From Psammoneis japonica (lineage: Eukaryota), in NCBI GenBank assembly GCA_008632985.1, contig QPGO01000074.1, positions 310,001 through 374,000 on the forward strand: DNA of 64,000 nt, read 5' to 3'. This document shows, piece after piece, positions 1-11,320 of the stretch (positions are counted from its first letter, which is position 1; every line of letters begins with the position of its first letter). Below the pieces are notes generated by a model. It was given only the letters and a program-made list of their open reading frames with translations, was not told where the DNA came from and searched no databases. The position numbers and the translations under genes were made by a program.

Positions 1-2907
1 GTCCGTATAAAGTACCTCGTGCGTACGAAGCTACGCTACGTAAAGAAGTAGAACGCCTAGTACGTATTGGTGTTCTCAAACGCGTTAACCGATCCCAATG
101 GGCAGCTCCATCATTTATCATACCGAAGAAAGATTTAACGGTACGTTTTATTAATGATTTGAGAGAGCTGAATAAACGGATCAAGCGATTGCCTTATGCG
201 ATTCCTCATATCCAAGACATGCTACTTGAGCTCGAAGGCTTTATGTGGGCTACATCACTGCATTTAAATGTCGGCTGTTATCACATCCGATTGGATGCTG
301 ACAGCAAGAAGCTCTGCACGCTCATCTTCCCGTGGGGCAAGTATGAGATGCAGGCATTGCCCATGGGATCATGCAATTCGCCAGACATTTTCCAAGAACG
401 CATGTCAGGCTCATTTGAAGATCTGTCGTTCGCTCGAACGCACTTAGATGACCTTCTCGTCGTGACGAAAGGCACCTGTGAAGATCACCTCAACAAACTT
501 GAAGAAGTTTCATTGAGGGTCCAGAAAGCAGGACTAAAAGTTAACGCAACTAAATCTCACTTCTGTCAAACCCAATTAGAGTGCTTGGGTCATCTGGCCA
601 ACAGAGACGGAATGCGACCAATGCCCAATGAAGTCGACGCCATTGAGCAAATCGCGACCCCAGCCAATGAACGTGACCTGCGCTCATTTGTTGGCATGGT
701 GAACTGCTGCCGCGACACGTGGATTAGACTTTCTGAAGTCTTGGCTTCGCTGACACGACTCGCAAGCGAGACTGTCAAGTGGAAGTGGACGTCCATTGAA
801 GACGAGGCGTTCCAAACCGTCAAACGGGTGACATCGGACAATGTTTCATTGTCACATCCTGATTTTAACAAACCCTTTGAGATGCATGCCGATGCCTCTA
901 AATGTCAATTGGGAGCAGTTGCATCCCAAGACAACAAACCTGTCGCCTTTTACAGCAGAAAGCTTGACAGTGCGCAATTAAATTGTGCAACAACGGAGAG
1001 AGAATTGCTCGCCATTGTGGAGACGTTGAAAGAATTTCGAACGATTCTCCTTGGTCATCGTGTGGTCACATGTGCTGATCATAAAAAATCTTACGACGCG
1101 TTCCAGGTCTAGGTGGGACCTCGCACTGCTGAACTGTGACATCGACAGTTTTTTGAATCTCGTCGTATGTCGCGCACGTAGAATTCTACGTGATTTTTTG
1201 ACATTTTGTGTCATTTTATGGTGCACTTGTTGAGCGATCCGTCCAAAAACTTTTGACATTTTTTGTCACAGCGCGATTCTATGATGTCTTAAGAATCGCG
1301 CAGGGCAGGTGCATTTGCAAAAACGTCGAGTGGCAAGAGGCACAATTGTGCCACAAACTTGGCCGTTTATTTGATGTTGAAGATGGTTGCATCCATTGAT
1401 TAAATTCTCGCACTGCGGAGCTCGCACGTAGAATTCTGCGGGCCCAATGTCACACGGAGTCCCACCTGGGGCTGGAACGCGTCTTACGTGCAAAGCACTC
1501 AATGCCGAGCGCGCCATGCGCTGGCGGTTGACATGCGAAGAATGCGGTCCCGAATTACGCTGTGTCAAGGGTGCCCACAACCTGGTCGCTGACGCTCTTG
1601 GTCGCCTTCGACCAGCACCCAGCTTGCCTTCCGAGGCCAATCTGGATGCAAAAGACACTCCATCGAGTCGTCCTTTGCATGAAGCTTTTAATGCAGACGC
1701 GCAAGATGAGACATCTCTGCCTGTTAGCTTCAAGCGCATTCAAAAAGCACAACAAAAGGACAAGCGCCTGCTCTCACGAGCTGAGGACTCGTCCGACTGC
1801 TCCATTTGCGCGCATCGTGGGGGAAGGTCATCACCACAGTTAATCTGTCATAAGGACAAAATCGCAGTGCCACAGTCATTGCAGGCTCCGCTAACTGAAT
1901 GGCGCCACGAGACACTGTGTCATCCAGGTGAGACACGTGCGGAAACATCCATTGCCCAGCACTTCCATTGGCCCAGTGTGAGGTCTACGGTGCATTCTAC
2001 ATGCGTCAAGTGCGATCGATGCCAGAAGACAAAACGCCAAACGCAGTGTCATGGGAAGCCACCAGAAAAGGTCGCAGAGACAATTCCATGGGAGACTCCA
2101 TGCACAGATGTGACAGGGCCACACAAAATTCAAAGATGCGGAAAGGACACTTTGCAATTGTAGGCAGTCACAATGATTGACCCAGCAACCGGGTGGTTCG
2201 AGATTAAAGAAGTGTCTGCGAAATGCGCAGACGTCGCAGCAAACGTCGTGGAACAAACGTGGCCATGCAGATGTCCGTGGCCAACCCAGGTGGTTTGTGA
2301 CCGTGGGACAGAATTTGTGGCAGAATTTAGCCAGATGATTAAAAATGACCATGGGATTTTGAAGAAACCCACAAGCAAACGGAATCCACAGGCGAATGCC
2401 ACAGTGGAACGTGTGCACCAGACACTTGGTGACATGGTGCGTTCCTTTTCAGTGCAGGACATGGAGCTGGACAAAGATGACCCATGGAGTGGCATCCTCT
2501 CCGCAGCAGCCTTCGCTGTCAGAGCTGTGGTGCATGCGACCACACATGCAAGTCCTGTGCAATTGGTCTTCGGACGTGATGTGGTCCCATCTGTTGCCCA
2601 TCGTGCCAAGTGGAAGCACATGGAAACCAGAAAGCAGAAGCTTGTCCACTTAAACAACAAGCGTGAAAACCAGAAACGCAAGGAGAACCAATGCACCGCA
2701 GGGCAATTGGTGCTTGTCAAACAGGAACAATCCTCTAAATGCGGTTCTGACAGCTGTGCAGGACCCACCAGAGTTGTCCGTGTGCATGACAACGGCACGT
2801 TGCGTGTCCAGAACGGAGCGCTGATGGGTGCGCACAATCTGCGGCAGATTGCACCCTGTCACCAGCAAGATGTCCTGTCACTTGACGGCCCTGATCATGG
2901 GGGAGTG
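1..2907 (+). mobile_element. Ty3/gypsy LTR retrotransposon pol (RT-RNase H-integrase), 5'-truncated by the window edge, degenerate and interrupted by a MITE
   Basis: Frame from nt 3 reads PYKVP...WAAPSFIIPKKD..VRFINDLRELNK, then RT motifs (HLDD for YLDD at 441-452), RNase H (DASK.QLGAV, ERELLAIVE), H2C2 zinc finger (HETLCHPG...CDRCQK) and integrase core (MIDPATGWFEI, DRGTEF, NPQANATVERVHQ). Order RT-RH-IN is that of gypsy. In-frame TAG at 2161; purine tract GGGGGAGTG at 2899-2907. Confidence 0.95.
1096..1482. mobile_element. 387-bp non-autonomous TIR element (MITE) inserted in the gypsy RNase H
   Basis: About 24-bp TIRs (ACGCGTTCCAGgtCtAGGTGGGAC vs reverse complement of right end ACGCGTTCCAGccCcAGGTGGGAC); 6-bp direct repeat CTTACG at 1090-1095 and 1483-1488. 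Removing it rejoins DHK-NLT-CK of RNase H (allowing for one extra A in the A-run at 1083-1088). Confidence 0.9.
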
Positions 2908-3285
2908 TGCAGCATGCCTCGCTGCTGGACAACACAGCGAGACCGTGCATGAGCCTCTTGCACGTGGCAACGCAGCATTGTCAACACGCACCTGGGAAGC
3001 ACGACCACAGGAGGGCGTGGCTCCAGGTCTCAGGCAATTCCAGAAGGATGCCAAGAGAGCATCCGTGTGAAGCACACTGGCCCGTCATCTGGCCCACGAT
3101 GGCAGCGTGATTCCACATGATGACATCACTCGTGCATGGCGCGTGATGGCGTGATTCGCACGATCCACAATGCGAACGCACGATCGATTTGATGCGATCC
3201 AAATGCGAACGAACAGGGATTTGGCAAGATTCCCCATTCACATGATCCCATTTTCTCTACTCTAAACTAGCTCATAAGTTTCACA
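2908..3285 (+). repeat. Putative 3' LTR of the gypsy element
   Basis: Starts TG directly after the polypurine tract. The right end (..TTTCACA at 3285) is a guess because the 5' LTR lies outside the window. Confidence 0.4.
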
Positions 3286-3339
3286 ATGACAAAGTCGTGA
3301 CACATCTTCTTTTTCAGCGCCCAGCACATGCATGGGGCA

Positions 3340-3774
3340 ATGCATCAAGAAGCAAAGAAAGAAGTCAACAAGTTGTGTGACAAAATCGGTGGCAAGAACC
3401 AAGACAAATTTGGACCCAATGGCAAACTGCAATCACTCAGCCAGGAGTGTCCTTCTGTCAAGGCAGGCAAGTGTGTGCACGAAGTTTGTCTGTTTGGGAA
3501 AGCTGGCCAAAAAGATCATGGTGATGAGCTCGGCAGCGGAGCCGACTTTGATGAAGATGGAAAATGGACGAAGAGACTGGTGAATGCATCACAACCTGGA
3601 GAGGTGGCACCAAGTGCTGGAATGGACTGCAGTGATCATCAACTGTTCATGTTGCTTGTGGTGTTGGAACACCAGTCCCATCTGCAGAGGAACCCGACTT
3701 GTCGATGTGTGCTCGAGATGGAGACTCAAATTGCTTGTGGTGATGAAGATTGCAAAAAGCGATTTGGTCTGTGA
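3340..3774 (+). pseudogene. Degenerate copy of the glucosidase II beta subunit (PRKCSH-like) C-terminal MRH domain
   Basis: FGPNG.L.SL..EC.SV.AGKCVHEVCLFGKA.QK (for KYVYEVC) and, in a shifted frame, GGTKCWNGLQ*SSTVHVACG...EEP, then CRCVLEMETQIAC (for CRYVLEM). Contains frameshifts and a TGA stop at 3635. Confidence 0.75.
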
Positions 3775-4119
3775 AGAGTTGGTTTGTATGGGATTAGATG
3801 ATTCAACACAAATTTAGACCATCAGGCTAGCACCAAATGCAAGACCCTAGCCAGCCGACGACAAAAGCTGCTAGCTAGCCCAGGTGATGGAGATTTTTGA
3901 AAATGGCAAAAAGTGGTTTCGAATTCTGTTCTGCGTCAGCATTACGTCGGCAACTTGAGCCTTTATAAATATATTTCTTTGTGTCTGTTTAAAATGATAA
4001 TGTTTGCACTCCGTACAAGTCCTACAGAATCACACGTAACGGAAATCCACACAGAGAACTCCACTCCACATCAAAAAACAAAAAAGGGCAAAAAGCCTCT
4101 TGGCAGGCGGATTGCAGCC

Positions 4120-6512
4120 ATGAGGAGATTGAGAAGAATCTTCTTACGGTTGACTGCTCTGCTGGTGTCCCTGTTGCCCTTTGTAGTTGGTCTCTCGATA
4201 AAGTCGGGACACAATGGTGGCAATGGACGTCCCAAGACGATCATTTTTTCGACTCCGTCACAGCCCTTCGACGTAGTTGCCAGTACTGTTTCTACGCCAG
4301 AATCCGGAAAAAATGAAGGTGAGCATTTGGTGACGTCATCTGTGAACCTGTTGTTTTTTCTTTTCACGGCGGCTTTTGAATTTTTGGTCCTCACAATGGG
4401 AACACGAGCACCAAAAGCCTCTTGAAAACAGACGAAAGATCCTTGTAGATTTATTTTGTGGTTTCTTTACGGACAATCTGATAATTCTTATGCCTTTTCT
4501 TCCATTTTCCCACTCACAATTTTCCTGTCGAAACTTTGTTCGCAGATGCTGCATCACGAAAGGCACGAGTTTCCGCTAAAAAATCGGCTGCTCCATTGGT
4601 GGACTCTACGCTACTGCGATTCATGTCGGCGCAAAAGAAGCAACAGCAAAAGGAAGTAAAAGCAAAAGCAGTAACAACTCCCACTCCGGGATTTCTTGCG
4701 TCGTTAATGGAAGGGCTGACACGAGACGAGGAAAAGGCAGCGGAAGCAACAGCCGACATCAAGGCTGAAGATACCTCGCAATTCTGGCTGGGCCAATACA
4801 ATCGAAATCGGGTAGCCAAGAAGTTGATTGAAATGGGGGTAGAAAATACATTAGCGTATGATGCAGGTGAGGTTATACAAGAGCACGTCCTGGCTAGAAC
4901 AGCACGAAGACGAGTTCGCGCATTTCTCAAGGAGCGAGACGCACTTTGGGAAAAAGACCAAGATGGGGAAAGAATTGAGTCAATAGTCACCGATACACGA
5001 CAAAAGGAAGCGAGCAAACCAAGCATACCGCAGTATGGCTTGGATGATGTGATCGAACTGTTTGTTGAGTTTGGCCTGACTGGAAATGACATTGCTGCAA
5101 TTTTTGCGCACACACCTAGTGTGGCACTTATGAGACCTCGTCGAAGCACTTTAGCGGAAACAATAAACGAAGATGGGGACTCCGTAGAATTCAATGGCGA
5201 GGTGCTGGAGGATACACTCACACGATCCTTTAAGAAGCTTCTTCTTGGAGAGCTCAAGCTGCGAAAATACGATGCACGAAAAATCCTTAGAACGTGCCCG
5301 GGTCTTCTTACCATGAGAGGATCGCGGTCATCGGAGCAAGTGGTAAAACTCTTTGTCTCACTTGGAGTGTCCGCAAAGTCACTTGCGAAAGGGAAGAATG
5401 GACTTCCTGTCTTGCTATCACGATCGCCTGCAGATCTGTTTCGTATTGTTGCTTTCTTGACGAGTAACGCCGTTCGCATGCCCATTCAGAATATTGGGCC
5501 GCTTTTGAGAAGAAAAGTATCTTATGAACTGCTTGATGCTTTAGCACCTGTTTCAAGGAAACCAAGCCTACCGAGCAATAGCAGCGAAATACCTCTAGCG
5601 ACTCTATGGGGAGGCAACAGTGAGGAGAGGCGTGAGCAAATGAATTCAGCATATAGAAAGATGGCAACAAATGCTTGGACACTTCGGCATGAAATCGGAT
5701 GCGCCAACCTGGGAAAAATAATATCTTCATATCCAAATGTTCTTTTCTTGAATGCTACGGAGCAAATCCTGCCCAACGCTGAATACTTGATGAACGAATT
5801 GGGAATATGGAAAGACGATCTGCCTCGGGTATTACAGTTATACCCGACGCTTCTTGGATTGGATGTGTCTCAAATGAGACATGTTGTGTCCTATTTGGAA
5901 TCAATAGGCGTCGAAGAGGATGCACTACCAAGCATCTTTCGGGCGTTCCCCGCAATATTAACCTTGGATGTGGAGAAAGATATGGTTCCTGTTGTCGAAT
6001 TCTTGAGCGACATTGGTGTCGCAAACATTGGCCGTTTTGTCACGTGAGTGGTTATTTTTCTCTGCTGCTGTTGCAGGAGCACTACTGTTTGTAGCAGTCG
6101 TTATGCTAACGCCTTTTTTGTCTTTTAATCCAGGCGCTTACCACCAGTGCTTGGTTACTCAATCGAGCGCGAGCTTCTTCCGAAGTGGAAGTACCTTTCG
6201 GAGGTGTGCCTTTACAGTGGCTTTGAACTATCGCGATTTCCCGCTTACTTTTCATATCCGTTCGACCGCGTCATTAAGACTCGGTATGAATATCTTCGCG
6301 ATGTCAAACGTGTACCGACACAGCTCCTTGCAGTAGATCGTATATTAAGATTTGGTGACAAGGACTTTGCGACGCTGGTTGCACGGGACGAGGACGGAGG
6401 GGCTTCGTTCCAGAGATTTGTGAAGGAGAGAAACGCAAAACGACCGTATGCAAAAAGGAAAAGACCTGCCCGAAACGCTTCACAGCAAAGGAAGCGTACC
6501 GGTAGGCAATAA
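4120..6512 (+). CDS. mTERF-family protein, probably organelle-targeted; exons 4120-4318, 4546-6043, 6134-6512
   Basis: Hydrophobic N-terminal signal; phase-compatible GT-AG introns; repeated mTERF motifs (ISSYPNVL, LQLYPTLLGL, FRAFPAILTL, LPPVLGYSIE, FPAYFSYPF). Confidence 0.85.
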
Positions 6513-6611
6513 CAATAGAATCATTTTTGATACCAGGTAACTGATGTGACACAACAAACTGATTTAAGTCCTGGAAAGGAGGTAAGACCGAGGGTTTTCG
6601 CTGCAAGCTTG

Positions 6612-6820
6612 TAGGGCTACTCTCTGTAGAGAGGTAGCCTTTAAAGAGAACAAGTAAGAATAGAAGTACTTCTCTAGATAGTCTACTTCTAGCTAGATAG
6701 TTTTTTTATAGAATAGAATTATTAGGAACCCCTACAGCCAGGTAAGTAGATACGGTAGATAGAATAGGCCTAGAGTAGTAGCTAGCTAGAGAGAGTAGAG
6801 TAGTAGGAGTAGATAGAAGG
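6612..6820. repeat. TAG/CTA-rich low-complexity tract
   Basis: e.g. CTAGAGTAGTAGCTAGCTAGAGAGAGTAGAGTAGTAGGAGTAGATAG. Confidence 0.7.
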
Positions 6821-7085
6821 AATGCGTATGCGAGAATGACGATATGTTGTATGAAATCACGTGACAATGGAAAGCACAGGAGCCTGTAATCTACAGAGCG
6901 GAAAATGCAGCTTTCGCGCGATTTTTGCGCGGTCTTCTTCAGTTGCGTCACTGACGTGTTTGTGGCGGGAAAATGTGAGAGGTGTTCGCCACGTAGAACC
7001 AGGTACAAAGCCTACGTAAGCATTCGGGAGTTTGGACCAAACGAAAAAGACGAGCGACGTATCATTTCCATTCTCTCGATTCAAC

Positions 7086-8159
7086 ATGAAGGTCTCTGCC
7101 GCTGCTTGTGCGCTTTTGGCTGTTGGAGGCGCCTCCGCCTACTCGACTCCTAGTCGGGCCTCCCTCCGAAGCCTGGGACAGAAAACAATTCCCACTGGTA
7201 GCTCCCGCCGTGTTGAAGCCTCCATGAAGATGGAAGGTGAGCTCTTGAAAATGTGGTGTTCGTCAAACCGGAGCTCGTACGGTGTTCGATGTCTTTTTTT
7301 GTGATTCAACGGGATTTAGATTTTTCGTCGAGAGTGGCCCCTGGTTCTTCGAGGTGGTATTGGAATCTTTGGCAATGATATTTTGGGGGAGTGCTTAGTG
7401 TTGTACTTTTGCTCGTGCGAGCTCTACGCTCTACATGGACTGACCACATAGTTTTCCTAGGGTGACGGTTCACGGTTCTGGTGATCCTGATTGGCTCTTG
7501 ATTTTCTTTCTGAACCAAATCACTGACTTTGCCTATGTTTTCTTTCTTTGTGCTCCAAAGATTTCGGCTTCTTCAAAGGAACTGGTATTGGATTCGACGA
7601 TCTCTGGACAGGCGAGGAGTGCATTTCTGAGGTTGGGCTTGAAAAGCGTCTCAACAAAGATGGGCTTCGATTCAAAATGAACCGCACCGATAAGGAGGCT
7701 GAGGAGGTCGGTCCTCTCATGAATCTGCCCGGATTCACCGTGAATCTTCCTATTATTGGCGAGACTTACCTCGGACCTCCCAAGGTCGAAAGCATCTGGG
7801 AAGCTATTGGATTCACAGCGACATCAAACAACGAAGCACGCCAATTGGAGAAGATGAAGGCCATTGAGAAAGCAAAGGTGGCCAAGTCGGGTGTGAAAGG
7901 TGGTCCTGGTGCCGAGCTTCGTTCCAAGTGGCTCGACAAATACGGATACCCTCGTCTTGTAGGATCCGGTGGTATTTTCTACGCCGATCAGCTTTCTACC
8001 GATAAGGAGCCCATGGGTGGTTTCAACATGGGAAAGAGTGGAAAGATTTGGCCTATCCCTGAGGTCGTCGAAAAGGGTGCTTACGGCGGTATCAAGGGAT
8101 GGGGAATGAAGAAATCAGGCCCCGCTGTTGATAACCTTCCCAAGGTGAACAAGATGTAA
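7086..8159 (+). CDS. Plastid-targeted protein of unknown function; exons 7086-7236, 7561-8159
   Basis: Signal peptide ending GASA-Y followed by a Ser/Arg-rich transit peptide; phase-1 GT-AG intron; biased codon use typical of highly expressed genes. Confidence 0.8.
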
Positions 8160-8520
8160 ACACTTCATAAGAAACAGCGCTAGCAGTTCGGAAAGTAGGT
8201 AGGGCCCTAAACATCTGCATTTTGAATAGAAATAATGTTGCGATGATAAATACAGCCCGCAACATATTACTTTAAACCATAATTGCTTCAGAGCTTGTGA
8301 AACGATTACAATCAATACAAAAGTAGTCTCTAGCGAAATGATTCAATCGATTATGTTAACAATTCAACGCATACCAAGGACAAGCTGCTGGTGGAAACGC
8401 ATAAAAGCGATTGATCATTGGCAACTCATCGTCGTTCACACCACGAACATAATTTATTTTTTTGCAGTTTACGCCGCCACACGAAGCCATAACCTCTATG
8501 GAAAAAAGAACGAGTTCATG

Positions 8521-9677
8521 CTACTTGACAATTGGAGTGTCTGGCTCGCCACCCCATTCACTCCACGACCCATCGTAGAGATAGGTGCCCGACAAGTCTC
8601 GGCCGCATGCTGTCAATGCCAAGATGAGTGCACAGGCAGTTGCGCCGCTCCCACACGAAGAGACAATTCGTTTGGAAGTATCAATATCAAGTCCGGCCTT
8701 TTCAAACACTTTTGTCGTTTCTTCCTTGGATTTGAACTTATTTACATTGTCAGGCTCTAGTAGATCAGTAAATGGCACATTCAGAGCACCCGGCATGTGC
8801 CCTAGTCTCATTCCTGGTCGCGGCTCTTCGACTTGTCCCAAATAGCGTTCACGTGACCTCACGTCGACAACAACGGTGTTGCTTTCATCCTTCTCGTCAA
8901 TGACCTGCAGTATGTCTTGCATGTCTAAAATATTCTTCGCATCGGTAGCTACGTACGAACTGTCGCTTGCAACTTGCAGGTCTGCGGCGCTCAAGGCTTG
9001 CTTTTGACCTTCCTCCATGGGACCACCCGCAAGCCTCCAGTCCTCAACAGAGCCTTGCATGTAATGAACTAATTCTGGCTTGTGTCCCATGGCAATCAAT
9101 TGATACCACGCGCGATGAGGAAATAGCTATTTGCGTTTTCCCAAGGCAGAGTGAGAAAACAGAAACGCAGTACACACAATCATCAATCGGCTTGCTCTAT
9201 GCAAAAAGCACTTACACAGCCTTGGCTTCCATACACTACCAAGTGGTCATTATTGGATATTCCCATGGCATCCATTACTGTTGCAAACAGCATCTTTGGT
9301 GGCATCATGTGCGGCAATCCTTTTGGATTCAAAGAATCTCCCTTGGAAGCAACATCGTCAATGTCAAAAAACAACGAACCCGCCACACGTGGTCCAGCTT
9401 CATACTCGTCTCGCGCGTTCCGTCCCTTGAGGAACCAGGATCCGTCAAGAAAGACAACACCATCCTTTGAATGAGCAGCCATGCATTCTTCTACCGTTAC
9501 CAAGACTTTGCCCTTGAGGTTTTCGACTGCCGCCGCCGACGACATGGACATTGAAAAGATTCGGCGTTGTTTGGTGCCAAGAGATACTCGAGAGAAAGTG
9601 AACGCAGAAGTTTTTGTAATAGTGTAACTGAAAATCATCAAGAGAACAAGAAAGCGTTGTAAATGCTTCTCTTCCAT
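8521..9677 (-). CDS. Tandem-rhodanese sulfurtransferase (3-mercaptopyruvate/thiosulfate sulfurtransferase), one intron at about 9128-9215
   Basis: FLDGSW, FFDIDDVA, LPHMMP, VVDVRS..RY.G.VEEPRPG...GHMPGA.NVPF, active site SCGSGATAC, YDGSWSEW; N-terminal signal peptide with SAF. Confidence 0.92.
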
Positions 9678-10048
9678 TTGACTGGGAGACTGGAAAAGCA
9701 GGCGACTGGCAGTGTTGTGACTTTACACTGCTTGGTTTACCGTCTCATTGTGAGCTGTAGTCGCAGGGATGCGGTTTGAGGACCCGGAGTAAAGATTTCA
9801 AATTGCGCGGGAAACTAAAAAATTCTCTCACAGCCTTCAATCCTGAATACAAAATATAAATCAAATGTCTAACATACGTTGCTTTTCTACAAGACAAACC
9901 TACTTGACGCTCTGCATACGTGGCGACAAGTTGAAGCTCACTTTTTTTGGTTTTTCGCGTGCCACCCCACCAACAGATGTTCGCAATCATCGTCGACACT
10001 TCTCCTAAAAACCACAAAGAATTGTTCTAAATCACGCACAAGACGACC

Positions 10049-10519
10049 ATGATGGACTCCAAGACAATCCTAAGAGAGCAGCACTTTATGTTGGAGAGAG
10101 AGCCAAAGAATGAGAAGGATACGCCGCAATCCTTTGAGGTTTTGGATCTTCCTCCTCGTCTGATTCGGGCGCAGTCCAACGCCAGCGATTGTTCCATGTC
10201 GGATTCTTCCTTTTCATCACTTCCTGGATTAGATTCTCCCTTCCCCCCAACTTGCAGTGATAGCTTCCGCGTCATTGCCCGTCCTCGCATGACACGGCGT
10301 GAACGCCGTGCCAGACGCAACCGAAACGTGACGCGTGCGGTTCTCTTTGTCCTTGCTTGCATGTTGTACCGATACAACCAAGTAGCGGACGCTGTCCAAG
10401 ACAATGAGGCAGTATTTAGCCCGATGGGTATGGTCGGACTCTGCCAAACGGCCGCGCTATTCTGGTGCTTCATCTCGTGGCAAAGCTATGCCAAGGAAAT
10501 GGACCATGGCAGAGTTTAG
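10049..10519 (+). CDS. Hypothetical small membrane protein
   Basis: 156-aa ORF with normal composition and two C-terminal hydrophobic segments; no family recognised. Confidence 0.55.
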   Translation: MMDSKTILREQHFMLEREPKNEKDTPQSFEVLDLPPRLIRAQSNASDCSMSDSSFSSLPGLDSPFPPTCSDSFRVIARPRMTRRERRARRNRNVTRAVLFVLACMLYRYNQVADAVQDNEAVFSPMGMVGLCQTAALFWCFISWQSYAKEMDHGRV

Positions 10520-11320
10520 AAGGTACAAGAAAATCGATTCGCTCTGAATTGAGAAAAAGGAACTCGGCACCCTAATCATTCGATTGGGGGTGCGTGAAAA
10601 GAAGAAGAAGACTACTTGTGAATCTCCAAGTAGTCGTATGCCATCAAATTCATGAAATACAAAAAGTCTCCCTGGAGCGGTTGCAGCATTGCGCTTCAAG
10701 CATTCATAATCCGCGCTTTGCAATTGCGCTCTGTACAATATTTGAATAATTCAGTCTATAGTTCTTTTGCATAAGCTAAACGCTGAACTATGGTTGTCGT
10801 AGAATTGGTGTCTCCCTTGTTACAAACTACCATACAAACTACTTCTATGACACCCAGATTGGCAACGGCGTCTCCTTGTAAACTACCAGTAGCTTCGAGC
10901 TTTTCTACCGGTATCTCCTACGGTATCTACCGGTACCTCTTTTTCTTACCTTCGGTCTGGCCGCCAACAACGGAATCGTTCGACTAAAAAATGTTGCGAA
11001 AATTGGGGCTGTTGTGCGTGGCATCAGAAGTGCTTCATCGAACTAAACAATGCCGCATACAGCATTAGGTACGTCATTAACGATTGGACGTCACAAGGGC
11101 AATATTGGTCACATACGTTGCCGATGGGAGCCAATCACAACCACGTAAGCGGGATGCAAAGACGCCATTCCAGTTGGCTTTTGCGTTCTTCCATTTTCCT
11201 TCAACTGTGTTACTTGCTTGCGGTTGTGGTGTGAAAAAGCGTGTTCTTTGAAAACCGTTCCATCTGCTGCACTTTTCCACAATCCAGTTGAAAAAGAAAA
11301 AAAAGACTGGAAAGAAAAAC

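Noticed and set aside
159..2952. Alternative genetic code or RNA editing restoring Tyr from Cys/His codons
   Set aside because: Neighbouring genes use the standard code, and changes also cross codon boundaries and occur in non-coding DNA.
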